DNA of 64,000 bases from Girardia tigrina (Eukaryota), in NCBI GenBank assembly GCA_001938485.1, contig MQRK01241688.1, forward strand, positions 1 through 64,000. Direction: 5' to 3'. The notes under the pieces are model-generated. The model had not been told where the DNA came from, ran no database searches, and saw only the letters and a program-made list of their open reading frames with translations. Below are positions 50,040 to 63,615 of this stretch, one piece after another. The position numbers were made by a program, and so were the translations under genes. How positions within the stretch are numbered: the stretch's first letter is position 1; every line of letters begins with the position of its first letter.

Positions 50040-52614
50040 CTGATCTAGAGCTTTGAGAATTTGGTTAACTAACTATTGGTTTCCTGTCTCTGTAATTTTA
50101 TTTTATTTTGTTAACATCAAAGTTAATTTTCGTTTGTTTTTTAATATATTCGGTTTCGAAGTTATGTCTTTTTTTATCGTACAACTAAATTAATCCAAGA
50201 AGCATTTGCCTTTGATTAATTTAGTTAATTAGATTTGGGGGGGGGTTATTTTAGTAATAGTAAACACGGTCACTCTTACAAACAGTGCCCATCACGTGCA
50301 ACAGTGTATAATTGGATCAGAGACTTTAAACATGGCCAGCAATCCGTTTTTGATGCTGAGAGATCACGACGACCGTGTGAAATTTTACCCGGGAAAAGTG
50401 ATTTGTGCGTGAAGATCATATCGGAAGAGAGACGAATAAGCATCCATGAACTTGCACAGCGTCTATCCATCAGCTACCATTCTACATATGATATTCTGCA
50501 ATCATTTGGATTTCGTAAACTGTGTTCACGTTTTTATTCCCCGATTCCTATCCGGTGAAATGTGCGACAAACGTTTGCAGTGTTGCACTGCCAATTTGGA
50601 GTTACTTCGCACTCATGGTGATCGCTTCATCAATAACATCGTTATATAAGATGAAACCCAGGTGAGCTTGTTTGTGTCTGAGAGTAAGCGTCAATCTTCT
50701 GAGTGGTACTTCCCCTATGAAAGGGCTCCCAGAAAACTTTGAAGCGGCACCTCGCACAAGCGAGCAGCAATGCTGACTGTGTTCTGGGATTCCCATGGCA
50801 TTATTAAAATTGATTTCCTTGAGAAAGGACTGACAATAAATAGTGAATATTATGTTGAATTACTTCGCGATGTGAGAAAGTCTCGTAGGAAGCCAAGAGG
50901 GATCCAATTGTGGCTCCTTCAAGACAATGCACCCATTCTCACTTCGCGAGCAACTTTGACTGGTGTGGATGAATGTGGCTTTCAGTTAGTTTCCAACACC
51001 CCCTATAGCCGTGAACTAACCCCAAGTGATTTTGTGTTGTTTAAACAACTAAAGAATAATTTGAAAGGTATCCACTTTCATTCAGTTGATGTCCTCAAGA
51101 AGAAAGTCCTTAATATTCTCAATTCTTTGCCTCCCAATTTTTACAAAAATGCGTTCTCTGAGCTTGTTGCTCGCTGGCGCCAGTGTGTTGATGTACACGG
51201 CTCATACATTGAGAAATGATTTACTTTGATGTCATGTACTGATTCTGAAAAATATAAAGTTGATTGGACTTTGCTTAAGGCTGTCAAAATTGTTCATAAC
51301 GTCTGCCCGGGTACCCGTTGACCTCCATAACGGATACCCGGGTACCCGTCTTCCAGACTTTTTATTATTAAATGTACGCAATTTTGGAAATATTTTCAAA
51401 ATAAAGTATGTTTTTTCAAATGTTTTTTTGTTAGTTGAAGTTAAACGTGATGTACAAAGAAAACGACTGTCATCACTAACTACAGATCAAAACTTCAATC
51501 GTATCACATCAATCATAATGTTGTGATCAAAAATATAAAAATACTAATATTCACTTTATAAAATTTTAATAAACTACAATCTATCTATAATTTACTTTTT
51601 TGAAACAATTCATTGTTTTTGTTGTTGTTTTGATTATTATTTATAGACGATAAAAAATAGAACGCTATTTTTATGTCCTAACTTTTCTTTTTAATAAATT
51701 CATGTTACTTTATTGTATGTTTTATTTTAAGCAATTCAATATATAGGCAATAAAAAATAAAACAGACAACAAATTAACATAATTACCACAGAAATACTAC
51801 ATTACTAACTAAATACTAACTTTTAACAGGAAAAAGGTCTATTAAAACTCAAAAAACATTTAATTATTTAGCAAACCGGTTAAAACAAAATGTAAAAAGT
51901 TCATGTTCATAATTAGATCAAACCCTTGAGTTGATAGGTTTAGATAATATCAGTAATTTTATCATTAACAACCACGTCCCAGTTTCTGTTTAGGAAAACA
52001 AGCATATCAACTGGATGATTTACTCATTTGTAAATTTTAATTAATCAATATAAATTTTAATTAATCAATATAAATTATAATATTACTTATTATTAATGAA
52101 TTTAATATAATTTTTAATTGTCTTGTTTGGGTAAATTTCTCTGAATAATAACCAGTATTATCAAATAAAATAATATAAACAATTAATACAAGACAACATA
52201 TTGGAAAGGTCAATTTGGACTGCTTTTTGGAGATTGATTTAAATTTTACTTATTTACGTCACATTTCCGTGACTTATTAATGATGAGGAATTTAAAAAGG
52301 GCTAGTCATAAATGTCCAGCGTTTATCGAATTCAAAAAAATACTACTTCCATAACAGCGATTCTGTTATGAATTAGTACTAAAATTTAATTAAAATAATA
52401 TTATATTATAACTTAAACAACAGCAAAAACCTATTCTGATCAACGGATTTCTTATACATTTACTGGTTAAATTGTACAATCTGCGTTATTTCAGACGCCA
52501 ACGGGTACCCGAAAACTATTTTCAGTGCCCGTGTATAAAACAACAGGCGGGTACCCGTTGACAGCCTTAACTTGACTTTATTGTCGAGTCTAAGGACTTA
52601 TGGATCGCACCACG
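50040..52614 (+). mobile_element. mariner DD34D element, decayed, split by a hAT MITE
   Basis: PSRATVYNW, *DETQV, MLTVFWD, LLQDNAP, PYSRELTPSDF, GSYIEK*; right TIR-like GGACTTATGGATCGCACCACG-TA; left end not found. Confidence 0.85.
51276..52569. mobile_element. non-autonomous hAT-type element
   Basis: TIRs TAAGGCTGTCAA / TTGACAGCCTTA; degenerate 8-bp TSD ACTTTGCT/ACTTGACT; subterminal CGGGTACCCG palindromes at both ends. Confidence 0.8.
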
Positions 52615-53129
52615 TAACATTATTAAACATTAAAGCTGGGTAAATAGAGTTCAATAATGTCTCTAAAGGGTTTAATATAAATATGTTAAGCTTTTTCCAT
52701 CTGACATGTATAGCGGCCATCATGTTACTTTGTCTTATGGTTTGTTTGAGTAAAGAAAATAAGACAACTTCTTTGTTCTCTATTTAATAAAAGAAGATCT
52801 AAACTCTAAATAAAAACATAAATTATATTTTTTTTATCGGCAGTTTATTTTGTGCTGATTGTTTGGTGAGTCTTTAAGTCATACGCTGTTGAAAAAAAGA
52901 CCTCCTTCAACATTTGATCATCCAAGACACATAAGAGTGCCAAAGGTCACGAATTCTCAAGAGATCATATGGTAATTCTGATGTTTAATCTCCGTAACCA
53001 TACCCATAAATCGTACAAAAACATCATAAATCAGTCAATCTCTTTGATCTGGAATTTAAAAAATACAATAAACAATTATAACTATTGTCAATCACATCAA
53101 GCAAAATCTTCGTCTTCCTCAAACCGATA

Positions 53130-53398
53130 TTCTTTTAGCAGTTCAAAAAGGTTTTTGGCGCTCAAACAAGAAGGTATCTTATGCACTTCATCATTGTTTT
53201 TCTCAACACCACTCCTTGACAAAAAGAAGAATGTCAGATCTGGGACACTGCTGAGATTACTTATTCATAAACACAGCCATTGTCCAGAAAGTTACTCATT
53301 TCTGTTAATCAAGGGTATTTATCACAATATCACGTCAACAACAGTATTCTCTACGATTGATCTTTAAAAGGACTACCATCAAATCCCAAAAGCCCTGA
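53130..53398 (+). mobile_element. Gypsy RT fragment, decayed
   Basis: FSTPLL..KK...ESYSFLLI...VFSTIDL*KDYHQIP. Confidence 0.7.
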
Positions 53399-54538
53399 CA
53401 TATATAACAAAATATAACAAAATACAGGAAGAAGCAAGATACAAAAATATCCACATTTTTGTAATCTTTATAGATCTGGAGAAAGCAATCGACAGCGTCC
53501 CCCGGGAGTCTCTCTGGAGCTGTTTAAAGAAACTAGTGATAAGGGGAGAATGCTTGAAGTTATCAAAGCCTTTTATGAGGAATTTAAAGGTTCAATAGTG
53601 GATAAAACCTTCAATATGAACAAAGGAGTTAGACAAGGTTGTGTTTTAGGTCCACTCCTATTTAAAATCGTCTTCGAGGCAGTCCTGAAACGAGCGATAT
53701 TGAATGGTCTCTAAGGAGGAGCAAAGACAACTACTGAAGATGGAAGCTGCCTCAAGATCAACAGACTGGCTTACACGGACGATCTTTGTCTGATAGACAC
53801 CGACTGGAACAATCTTATCAGAATCCTTATTCTACTGAAGGACTCATTTGTAGATTTAGGACTAAAGATCAATATCAATAAGACCAAAGTTAAGAACCTA
53901 AACAGAGATACCAAAGTTCTCACCGCCGGACACCAGCTTGAGACTGGTTTTGAATGTGTATCCAAATTCGTCCATTTGGGTTCCACAATCTCCTCAAATG
54001 GCACCCCTGAAGATGATATAAGAGAAATAATTCAAAATGGTACCAGGAAGATCAGGGACCTCAAACCGATTCTGAGGAGCTCCAAACTCTCTTTACAGAA
54101 CAAGAAGAAGATTTTCAGCTCTTGCATACTTCCCGTAGTATATTACAGTTGTGAGAGTTGGCGAACAGGTAACAAAACAATCAAGATGCTGGCTGCCTTT
54201 CATAATTTGTGTACTCTCACAATCATGAAAGTGCAGAAGACTGAGAGGATACAGATGGAGACTATCGACATTGGACTCCCGCTCCCCATGGATATCATTG
54301 CAAGTAGAAGACTTGCCTATCATAGCAGGTTGGACACCTCTGATACACCAAACATTATGAGGTGTGTGTGGAGAGCAACAATGCCAATGGGAAAGAAGAT
54401 CAGTGAGAAAAAGAAGCAAGCTCTCTCCGAATGCCTCAGAGTGGATATACAGTGGCTCTATGGGGATAGTGAAAAGTATGAAGACTTCATACACCACATT
54501 GTCCACAAAGACCCCACAATAGAAAGAGGGCAATATAT

Positions 54539-55181
54539 TGTTGGGTTTTAAATTATTAAAATTATCTTTAATTCAATTATTCACTTTTAAAATACAATTC
54601 TTAAATCTTTAATCGTAAATCTCTTTTCTTAATTCTTTAATCAATAATTCTCAATCNNNNNNNNNNNNNNNNNNNNNNNNNNNNNNNNNNNNNNNNNNNN
54701 NNNNNNNNNNNNNNNNNNNNNNNNNNNNNNNNNNNNNNNNNNNNNNNNNNNNNNNNNNNNNNNNNNNNNNNNNNNNNNNNNNNNNNNNNNNNNNNNNNNN
54801 NNNNNNNNNNNNNNNNNNNNNNNNNNNNNNNNNNNNNNNNNNNNNNNNNNNNNNNNNNNNNNNNNNNNNNNNNNNNNNNNNNNNNNNNNNNNNNNNNNNN
54901 NNNNNNNNNNNNNNNNNNNNNNNNNNNNNNNNNNNNNNNNNNNNNNNNNNNNNNNNNNNNNNNNNNNNNNNNNNNNNNNNNNNNNNNNNNNNNNNNNNNN
55001 NNNNNNNNNNNNNNNNNNNNNNNNNNNNNNNNNNNNNNNNNNNNNNNNNNNNNNNNNNNNNNNNNTAGACTAAATATTATTTTATTTGAAGTTAATAATT
55101 TTATTAAAAGAATTATTTAAAAATTTTCCTTTATAAAATTTTATCAAAAGTGTTCACATGTATTTTTTTGGAACCCTAACA
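54539..55181. mobile_element. solo LTR inserted in RTE copy 2 (spans a gap)
   Basis: TGTTGGGTT...AACCCTAACA termini; ATAT TSD; removing it restores the frame RGQYINSLIREG. Confidence 0.8.
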
Positions 55182-55822
55182 ATATCAACTCCTTAATAAG
55201 AGAAGGGAAGCAGAACAGAACAAGAGCCGATCTGCCGAAATTACTCAATGAGAGAGATAAACTCATTCAATGTACGATAGAAGATTGCTTTAATGAGTTT
55301 GCCGAACAAAAGGAGCTAAATAGACATCTCAAGCGGGATCACACGGAATCCACAGTAAGCATCCAGCTTCAGCTCCCAGAAGATGAAAAACCGTTTAAAT
55401 GTACCAAATGCAGCAAAGGTTACAAAACGAAAGAATGGTTCACTAGGCATCTGCGTAAAGATCATCGAATAGAATCTAGGGAGAATATCAATGAACATCC
55501 GACAGAATCATCAGTGCAATCCTACAGAAGAAGCGACAATCCAGACAGAGACGAAGAACCCACACTTATCCAAACGACCAATTTTCAGTCAGCAACAGTC
55601 ACCCCGACTATTTCAACGGTGGTGGAGCAAACGACTTATCCGAAAGATACACATTTGTCTTTTATGATCGCAGATCCAAATGAGAGGGGAAAGTTCAAAT
55701 GCCCCAAGTCCACCAATACAGCCAAAGGGATGCTCAATCATGGTACCACAATTCATGATTGCTTGTTTGCAATAGGAAAGCCCAAGAAATTTCGGAGACT
55801 GAAGCACTCCGTCCCCGTAGGA

Positions 55823-55914
55823 GGCCTATCGGGGAGCAGCTAGCACTCTTTAGTTTGGGTGGACCCTCTAAAGAGCCTCGTGGCTCAATACCATTCGAAA
55901 GAGATGGGAGGCCC
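55823..55914 (+). ncRNA. conserved 3'-terminal structured RNA motif of the RTE-ZnF element (copy 2)
   Basis: 31-nt block CTTTAGTTTGGGTGGACCCTCTAAAGAGCCT identical to copy 1; differences confined to predicted loops and linkers. Confidence 0.75.
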
Positions 55915-55966
55915 ACATCGGAGAGACAAATCGAAATTTTCGAAAAAATAAATAAATATAATAATA

Positions 55967-56414
55967 CAGTCGACTCTAGCCAAACCGTACATTATAGAAC
56001 CGAAAAAAAGTCTTTCATGTGGATCATGATAAATAAAAAATATTTTCATTCACGTTTTATTTTTTTTTAAAACATTTTTCAACATTTTTTAATCTGGTCA
56101 ATTTGATTTTTCTTTTTTATCTTTTGTGCCTGAGGTGTTGGGCGTGGGTTTGCTTAATTATGCACATTCCTTTGCCACATCTACTTTTTGTAGCGTCTCT
56201 TCTCAGACCTTCCATGTTCAATCCGTTACATTCTTTTGCATGTCGTCTATCCATTGTCCCTTTGACCTTTCTCTTCGTCTTTCTCTTTCCACTCAATTTC
56301 CCTTTAATCATAACATTCACTAGTGCTTGAGTTAAAACAAGCACTCAATTTGATAATCTTGCTGAATAACATTATTTTCGGTTCTATAATGAACGGAGTA
56401 GCTAGAGTCGGATG
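55967..56414. mobile_element. pogo/Tigger-type MITE hosting an RTE fragment
   Basis: TA-CAGTCGACTCTAGC...CATTATAGAACCGAAAA / TTTTCGGTTCTATAATG...GCTAGAGTCGGATG-TA. Confidence 0.8.
56108..56344 (-). mobile_element. 5'-truncated conventional RTE 3' end
   Basis: VMIKGKLSGKR...; related to 3851-4063; purine-rich tail; 10-bp TSD TCAATTTGAT at 56098 and 56345. Confidence 0.8.
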
Positions 56415-56653
56415 TATTAATATTAATTCAACTTATAGTTTAACTTATACCTCATTGATATTTCTTTATCAATTTCACATTATTCCTTAAATTAAAAGAA
56501 AAAAACGAAAATCAATAATTAAAAAAAAAATCTGTTGTATCACAATCGTTTTGTCACCCCAGTCATATCAGTTTTGATTACTCTCATTACTTTCTCCACA
56601 CCAAAGAATTCTCAGATTTCTTTTGATATTTGTAAAAACACTATTTGTAAAAA

Positions 56654-56758
56654 ACAATATTGGTAAAAACACTGACCGGAAAGACAATCACTCTTGAAGT
56701 ATAATCGAGTGACACAATCGAAAACATAAAAGCGAAAATTCAAGATAAAGAAAGAATT
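56654..56758 (+). pseudogene. ubiquitin N-terminal pseudogene fragment
   Basis: [33 protein letters not shown]. Confidence 0.9.
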
Positions 56759-57504
56759 TTTGCAATTTTAATATTTTTTTCCAATTATCCTTCGTCGAAT
56801 TCCATTTGATTCCTTTCATTTGTTATACATGTTAAGTCTATTTCCTTTAAATTATTGGATGCATTTTCATCATTTATTAAGGATCCTCTTAGTGGTTTTA
56901 TTTTGATGTTATCATTTTCCTTGTCATTCCTTCGAGTGCGAGCTGGTTTGATTATTTCTCTTCCTTAGCGAAATCTCTTTAAAAATTACCTTTTCTATTA
57001 AATAAAAAGTGAATTTTCAGTAAACTGAATATAATTTTGAAATATTGAAAAAATAGAATATTAAATCTTATATTTTATCTCGACGATTTCCTACGAAATT
57101 TAACACATCTGAAAATAGACAAGAATAATGAGAAGATTAAGGCAATTGTAGAAGTTAAGTCTTTAAACAATTGACAAATTTGACGTAAATATTATTATGA
57201 CAACAAAAACTCTTAGAAAAGAATTTTTTATTTTATCTCAAAAAATTAATTTTAAGAATTTCATTTTTTTTATTTTTAAATAGAACTATCCCCAAAAAAA
57301 TTTAATGTTTAAATAAAAAATATATTACAAATATTTAAATACGAGTGATAAAAAAACAAACAAACAATTAAAATACAATATAAAATATTTCTTTATTTCA
57401 AATCGACGGTCTTTGTTTAAATAAATTGGAATTGTAAAATACACAAACTCTTCTTTCGATAATTAATCGATTGAAATCGATAATCAATTTTAATAAATCC
57501 TTAG

Positions 57505-57816
57505 ATAATTATGTTAATCGGCGACGGAAACACCGATTGTTTATTTCACTGTGCCGAAAGCATTCTCCAGTGCAAAATCAGCGGTTTTTCGTCCTTCAAA
57601 GATCTTTCACTATTCTATCGAATGCTCAATGAACAATCGAGCGACAATTGCGACATTGAGAGATTATTGGAGCGATTATCCGGTGAATTTTCTGTGTGAT
57701 TTGACCGACTGATTATCGATTTTTTTGTGATTATTGCAGAAATATTCAAATCAAATATCGAAAAAGCGATTGAAATAATTGACAAAGAAAATTTGAGTGA
57801 TTTTGAAATATCAAAG
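57505..57816 (+). CDS. two internal host exons (57505-57682, 57740-57816), resembling the C-terminal end of a Rab-GAP TBC domain
   Basis: TTAG acceptor; 57-nt GTGAAT..TGCAG intron; in-frame LFHCAESILQ...RMLNEQS...DIERLLERLSEIFKS; GTATTT donor. Confidence 0.6.
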
Positions 57817-57819
57817 GTA

Positions 57820-60185
57820 TTTTTTTATTATTTTTTTTCAGTATTTTATTTATTGATTTTTTTTAATTTTTATCGAATAAAAAACATTTTTAAAATTTTG
57901 AATTTTTTATCGCGTTTATTTTTTAAATATTATTATATGACTTTTTAGCATCCGATTCGTTTTTTAATTTAATTTTTACTTTTTAATATATTTTTAAATT
58001 ATCATTTTTTAATAATTATTTTCTTTCGGTTTGATTTAATAATTATTTCGTTAAACTTTGAGAAAACAAATATTTCATTTTTTTCTAAATGTTTTCAGAA
58101 AAAAAGCATTTTTGAAAATTAAAAAAATTGATTTTTTCTAAAATTTTTTTCGAATCGATTTATTTATTAGATTTTTTTACTTCCGATTCGTTTTTTAATA
58201 TTTTTAATTTAATTTTTCGATTTTTTAAACTTTTTAATATTCATTTTTTAATTATTTAGTTTTTTTGGCTGGATTTATTTTATGATTTATAACCGTATTT
58301 TCTTAAAATTTTAATTTGTCTTTTTATAATTTTTTATTTAATTTTTAACGTTTTTACTTTGATTTTTTACTTTTGAAATTTTATTCTTTTAATTTCATAT
58401 TATTTTTTTCAAAATATCAGTTTATTTTTTAAATTTTTTAATTGAATTTTTTTGTTAAAAAATTTTACAGATTTTTAATTATTTACTGTTTTTAATCATT
58501 TAGTTTTTTTCGACTGGATTTATTTAAGGTTTTATAATCGAGATTTTCTTAAAATTTTAGTTTTTTCTTTTTATAATTTTTAAAATTAGTTTTTAACATT
58601 TTTACTTTTTATTTTTGAATTTTCTAAATTTTTTTTATTTATTTTTTTTTCAAAATACCAAGTTATTTTTTTAAAATATTTTAAATGATTTTTTTGTTTT
58701 CTCTTTTTGTAAAATTTTCTGAATTTTTGATTATTATCATTTTAGAATTTTTGAATCGATTTATTTATTAATTGTTTTTTTTATATTTTTTATTATTTTT
58801 TCAGTATTTTATTTATTAATTTTTTTATTTTTTTTCGAATAAAAAACATTTTTAAAAGTTTGAATTTTTTATCGCGTTTATTTTTTAAATGTTATTATAT
58901 GACTTTTAGCATCCGATTCGTTTTTAATTTAATTTTTACTTTTTAATATATTTTTAAATTATCATTTTTTAATAATTATTTTCTTTCGATTTGATTTAAT
59001 AATTATTAAGTTAAAATTTGAGAAAACAAATATTTGATTTTTTCTAATTATTTTTAGAAAAAAGCATTTTTGAAAATTAAAAAAAATGATTTTTTTCTAA
59101 AATTTTCTAATTATTATAACTTTTTTTGAATCGATTGATTTATTAGATTTTTTACATCCGATTCGTTTTTTAATATTTTTAATTTAATTTTTCGATTTTT
59201 TAAATTTTTTTTAATATTCATTTTTTTAATTATTTAGATTTTTTGGTTGGATTTATTCTATGAATTATAACCGTATTTTTCTTAAAATTTTAATTTGTCT
59301 TTTTATAATTTTTTATTTATTTTTTAACGTTTTTACTTTTGAAATTTTATTTTTTTAATTTCATATTATTTTTTTCAAAATTTTTTAATTGAATTTTTTT
59401 GTTTACAGATTTTTAATTATTTAATGTTTTATTATTTATTGTTTTTTAATCATTTAGTTTTTTTCGACTGGATTTATTTAATATTCTATATTCGAGATTT
59501 TCATAAAATTTTAGTTTTATCTTTTTATAATTTTTAAAATTGGTTTTTAACGTTTTTACTTTTTATTTTTGAATTTTCTAAATTTAATTTTTTTTCAAAA
59601 TAACAAGTTATTTTTTTAAAATATTTTAAATGATTTTTTTGTTTTCTCTTGTTATAAAGTTTTCTGAATTTTTGATTATTATCACTTTAGAATTTTTTGA
59701 ATCGATTTATTTAATAATTGTTTTTTATATTTTTTTATTATTTTTTCAGTATTTTATTTATTGATTTTTTTTTATTTTTATCGAATAAAAAACATTTTTA
59801 ATAGTTTGAATTTTTTATCGCGTTTATTTTTTAAATGTTATTATGTGACTTTTAGCATCCGATTCGTTTTTAATTTTTACTTTTTAATATATTTTTAAAT
59901 TATCATTTTTTAATAATTATTTTCTTTCGGTTTGATTTAATAATTATTTTGTTAAAATTTGAGAAAACAAATATTGATTTTTTTCTAATTATTTTTAGAA
60001 AAAGCATTTTTGAAAATTAAAAAAAATTAAATTTTTTCTAAAATTTTCTAATTATTATAATTTTTTTCGAATCGATTTATTTATTAGATTTTTTTACATC
60101 CGATTCGTTTTTTAATATTTTTAATTTAATTTTTCGATTTTTTAAACTTATTTTTAATATTCATTTTTTTAATAATTTAGTTTTT
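57820..60185 (+). repeat. T-rich tandem satellite, ~950-960 bp unit, ~2.5 copies
   Basis: Landmarks such as TATCGCGTTTATT and TTAGCATCCGATTCG recur at ~57910, ~58870 and ~59817. Confidence 0.9.
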
Positions 60186-60189
60186 TATG

Positions 60190-61090
60190 ACGTTAATGAT
60201 GACTATAAAGAACAGTTCCAAACATGAATAAATTTTCTGAGTAGTCTTGACATGAAAATGGAATATCGAAAAGGTGAAAAACATTCAAACGCTGATGCAA
60301 TGTCAAGAAATTCGTGCGAACTATGCAATCAGTGTCAAACAATGCATGAAGAGGCCAAGAAAGGAAAGATTAAAACAAGAATACTGGCATTAAGTGAAGA
60401 ATCAGATGGTTTTAAATGGCAGAAGAATAATAACGAAATAAAACAAATAATCGAGGACATAAGTAAAGGTAGAACAAGAAAATGGTCATTAAAGAAGGAT
60501 ATCGTCATAAATCAAGATAATAAATACTGGATCCCAAAGGCAGAACGAGCAAATTTTATTGAAGAATGCACAAATTGTTGTGTCATGCAGGTTGTAAAAA
60601 GGTCTATAACTACCTCCGAGATGATTTCGACATGGAAAATATGAGAGAATTTATAAAAGAAATCGTTCAAAGTTGCATAAATTGTCAGAAAAGGAAGACA
60701 CTAACAACCAAAACGAAAGAAAAGCATATAAAGCAATTAGCGGATGAACCTTTCCAGAAAATATACATTGATTTTTGTGGACCATTCAAAAGAAATATAA
60801 ATGGATGTCAATATATATTTGCAATAATTGACCAGTTTAGCCTGAATGCAGCAGCTAGTCAAGATGAAAAAACAGTTAGAAAATTGTTATTGGACAGATG
60901 GATATGAAAATTCGGACCAGCAAAAGAAATCCACGTAGACATAGGAAAAACATTTGAATCGGTTTTGTTCAAGGACATGGCGACAAAATTTCAAGTTGAG
61001 GTATTTTATTCGAGTCCATATCATCATGACACAAATGGAATCGTGGAAAGATAGTTTCGCACGATCAGAGATGCTTTGAATAATTTCTAT
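60190..61090 (+). mobile_element. Gypsy pol fragment (RNase H end and integrase)
   Basis: EYRKGEKHSNADAMSR, HKLLCHAG, CINC, PFQKIYIDFCGPF and SPYHHDTNGIVER; same family as 44160-45760. Confidence 0.88.
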
Positions 61091-62395
61091 CCAATAAGTT
61101 TTTAGTAAAGATTTTATTTAAATATTTATTTCGCAATTTGTTAAAAAATAATAAGAATTAATTCATTAATCAATTTAGTTTAGAATGCACTCGTACGAAA
61201 GCTTTGACAAAGATTGTCTGAAGTACAATCAAAATTGTTGTTTAAATAAAAATATGAAAAGTCAAATTGGTGTTCTTAATAATCTTCATTGAAGTTGTTA
61301 AAATGTATCTTTGGTTTCGGTTTATTTATAATTTTTACTCTGCTATTTTTTTAATAATTTAATAAAATATTTAAAATAATAAAAAACTATGCTTTTATTT
61401 TTAAAAGAGAAAATTGATTTTCACTCAAAGAAAAATATTTAAAAATTATCAAATATTAAGCGAAAAAAATAATTGAAAAATAAAAAGAATATCCAGAATT
61501 AAATTAATAAATAATTTATTGAACATTTGGTTTTTTTCGGTTAGATTTACTTAATATTTCTTTAAAATTTTTTATTCATCGTAAAATTTTAAAAATATTT
61601 TTCTAATTATTTAAAAAAAATTTTTTAAAAGGTAGAATTTTGAATTTTTCCATGGATTTTCTAATTAAAATTTAAATTTTTTCCAGCTGAATTTATTTAA
61701 TATGTATTTTTTTAATTTGTGTTTTACTAACTGCAACTGAAGCAACATTGATGAATATTTAAAATTGTTTGAATGTCTGAATGTATTGAAGTTGTATGTT
61801 GATTTGCGTATGGTGGTCACCCATATGGAAAATGGTATTATATTTAATTATGACTATTCGAACATAATTAAATTAATAATTTGATAAGTTTATATTTTAA
61901 AAATTAAGTTTAATATTTTTTAAGAAAAGAAAATCTTTTAATTAAATTTAAATTAAATTCATTTTTAAATTATTATTATTTTGAATTTTTATAAAGTAAT
62001 GGTTAAAATTATTATTTTTAATCAATATTTTTAGAAATTAAATATTTTAAAAAGATTTAGAAAAATTGTTCGAATATTCATGATTAATAATGGAAATAAA
62101 AAAACCAATTAGAACGATCTCTATTTTACCAATTTTACCATATTTTTTTATTATCGCGTTTATTTTTAAATTTATTTATTTCTCTATTTACAATTTTTCA
62201 ATTTAATTTTAATCTTATTACTTTTTTCGCCATATATTAAATTTTAATTTTAAATTAATTTAAAGTTTTTCTGAAAAAACTTGAATGATTTCAAAATATG
62301 AAGAGTAAAATTTGACGGAAATGTTTTTAAATGATTTTTTGTTTTTTATTTCTATGTAATTTATTTTTTTGTCTCAGATAATTATTTTTAGAAAA

Positions 62396-63615
62396 AACTA
62401 GTAAATCAAAAAAATAATTTTTTATATCCATTCTTTATGCAGACAAAACTCTACTTTGCCCAGAAAGTTTTTAAAATTATAAAAAATTTAGTTAAAAAAA
62501 CACAATAAAAATTAATTTAAACTACTTTTAATTTAGAAGTAGTTATCTTGCAATTAATATTGTTCGAGAACTGCGAATTTTCCGTTTTGTCCCATTTTAA
62601 GACCTTAAAAAGTTTTCTTCGATCAAAAAAAAAACATAATCATTTATTGTCATTGAGAAGAGAAAAAAATTGAAGAAAATCGATTGAGTAAAAAGCCTTC
62701 AAAAACAGGTTTCTAAATNNNNNNNNNNNNNNNNNNNNNNNNNNNNNNNNNNNNNNNNNNNNNNNNNNATATATATATATAAAGTAATCTAATAAAAAGA
62801 ACGGAGACTAGTAAATCACAAAATTAAAATTTTTATATCCATTCTTTATGTATACCAAACTCTTTGTTGGCAAAGTAAAATTTTTAAAAATTATACGTGA
62901 AATTATATGGTCACCTTTCTGGCAGTAACTCACATGGACATTTATGTTGGTTTTCTTAGCATAATCATTTAAGTGGTATTCGTTCAAAAGATTGTTTTGG
63001 AATCAGGTAGTTGTGAGATAATCAGTTAAATATTTATTTTATGTCACTATTCTGATTGCCTTAGTTAGTTATAAACATAGTTATTAGATTTAAATGAGTT
63101 TTATTGGTCTTCTACCTTTTAAGTCTTTTGTCTTTTGGGATGGTACCAAAAAGTGTTGTAGCAAAAACTGGTTTTGGTAAACATTTCAACGAAGGTCAAA
63201 CAACAACAAAATATTAAAAACTAGTAAATCAAAAATTAAATTTTTTATATCCGTACTTTATGCGGACAGAACTCTACTTTGCCAACAAAGTTTTTAACAT
63301 TTAAAAAAAATTAATTTTAAAATCACATTAAAAATTAATATAAACTATTTATAATTTATAAGTAGATATCTTGCAATTAATATTGTGCGAGAACTCCCAA
63401 TTTTCCGTTTTTTTCCCATTTTGGTATTTTAAAAAGTTTTTTTCGATCAAATTTTTACATAATCATTTATTGTCATAGAGAATGAGTAAGTGTGCAAAGT
63501 TTGAAGAAAATTGATTGAGTAGAAGGCCTTCAAAAATAGGTTTTTAAATTCCATGGATGCATAAATATATGTATGTATATATCTATATAGAAAGTAAGTG
63601 AATAAAAAGAATGGA
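62396..63615 (+). repeat. degenerate ~410-bp tandem repeat, three starts, middle unit partly replaced
   Basis: ACTAGTAAATCA...TTTTATATCC recurs at ~62397, ~62807 and ~63220; units 1 and 3 align over ~320 bp. Confidence 0.75.

Larger units (their letters stand above)
53418..55914 (+). mobile_element. 5'-truncated RTE-clade LINE with three C2H2-type zinc fingers (copy 2)
   Basis: KIQEEARY, FIDLEKAIDSVPR, GVRQGCVLGPLLF, LAYTDDL; CTIEDC..KELNRHLKRDH, CTKCSKGYKTKEWFTRHLRKDH, and a degenerate CPK..NHGTTIH. Confidence 0.9.

Noticed and set aside
17744-54533. Antisense ORFs over the kinase, transposases and RTs (e.g. 17744-18052, 21799-22537, 54093-54533)
   Set aside because: Shadow ORFs of the coding strand, with no independent features.
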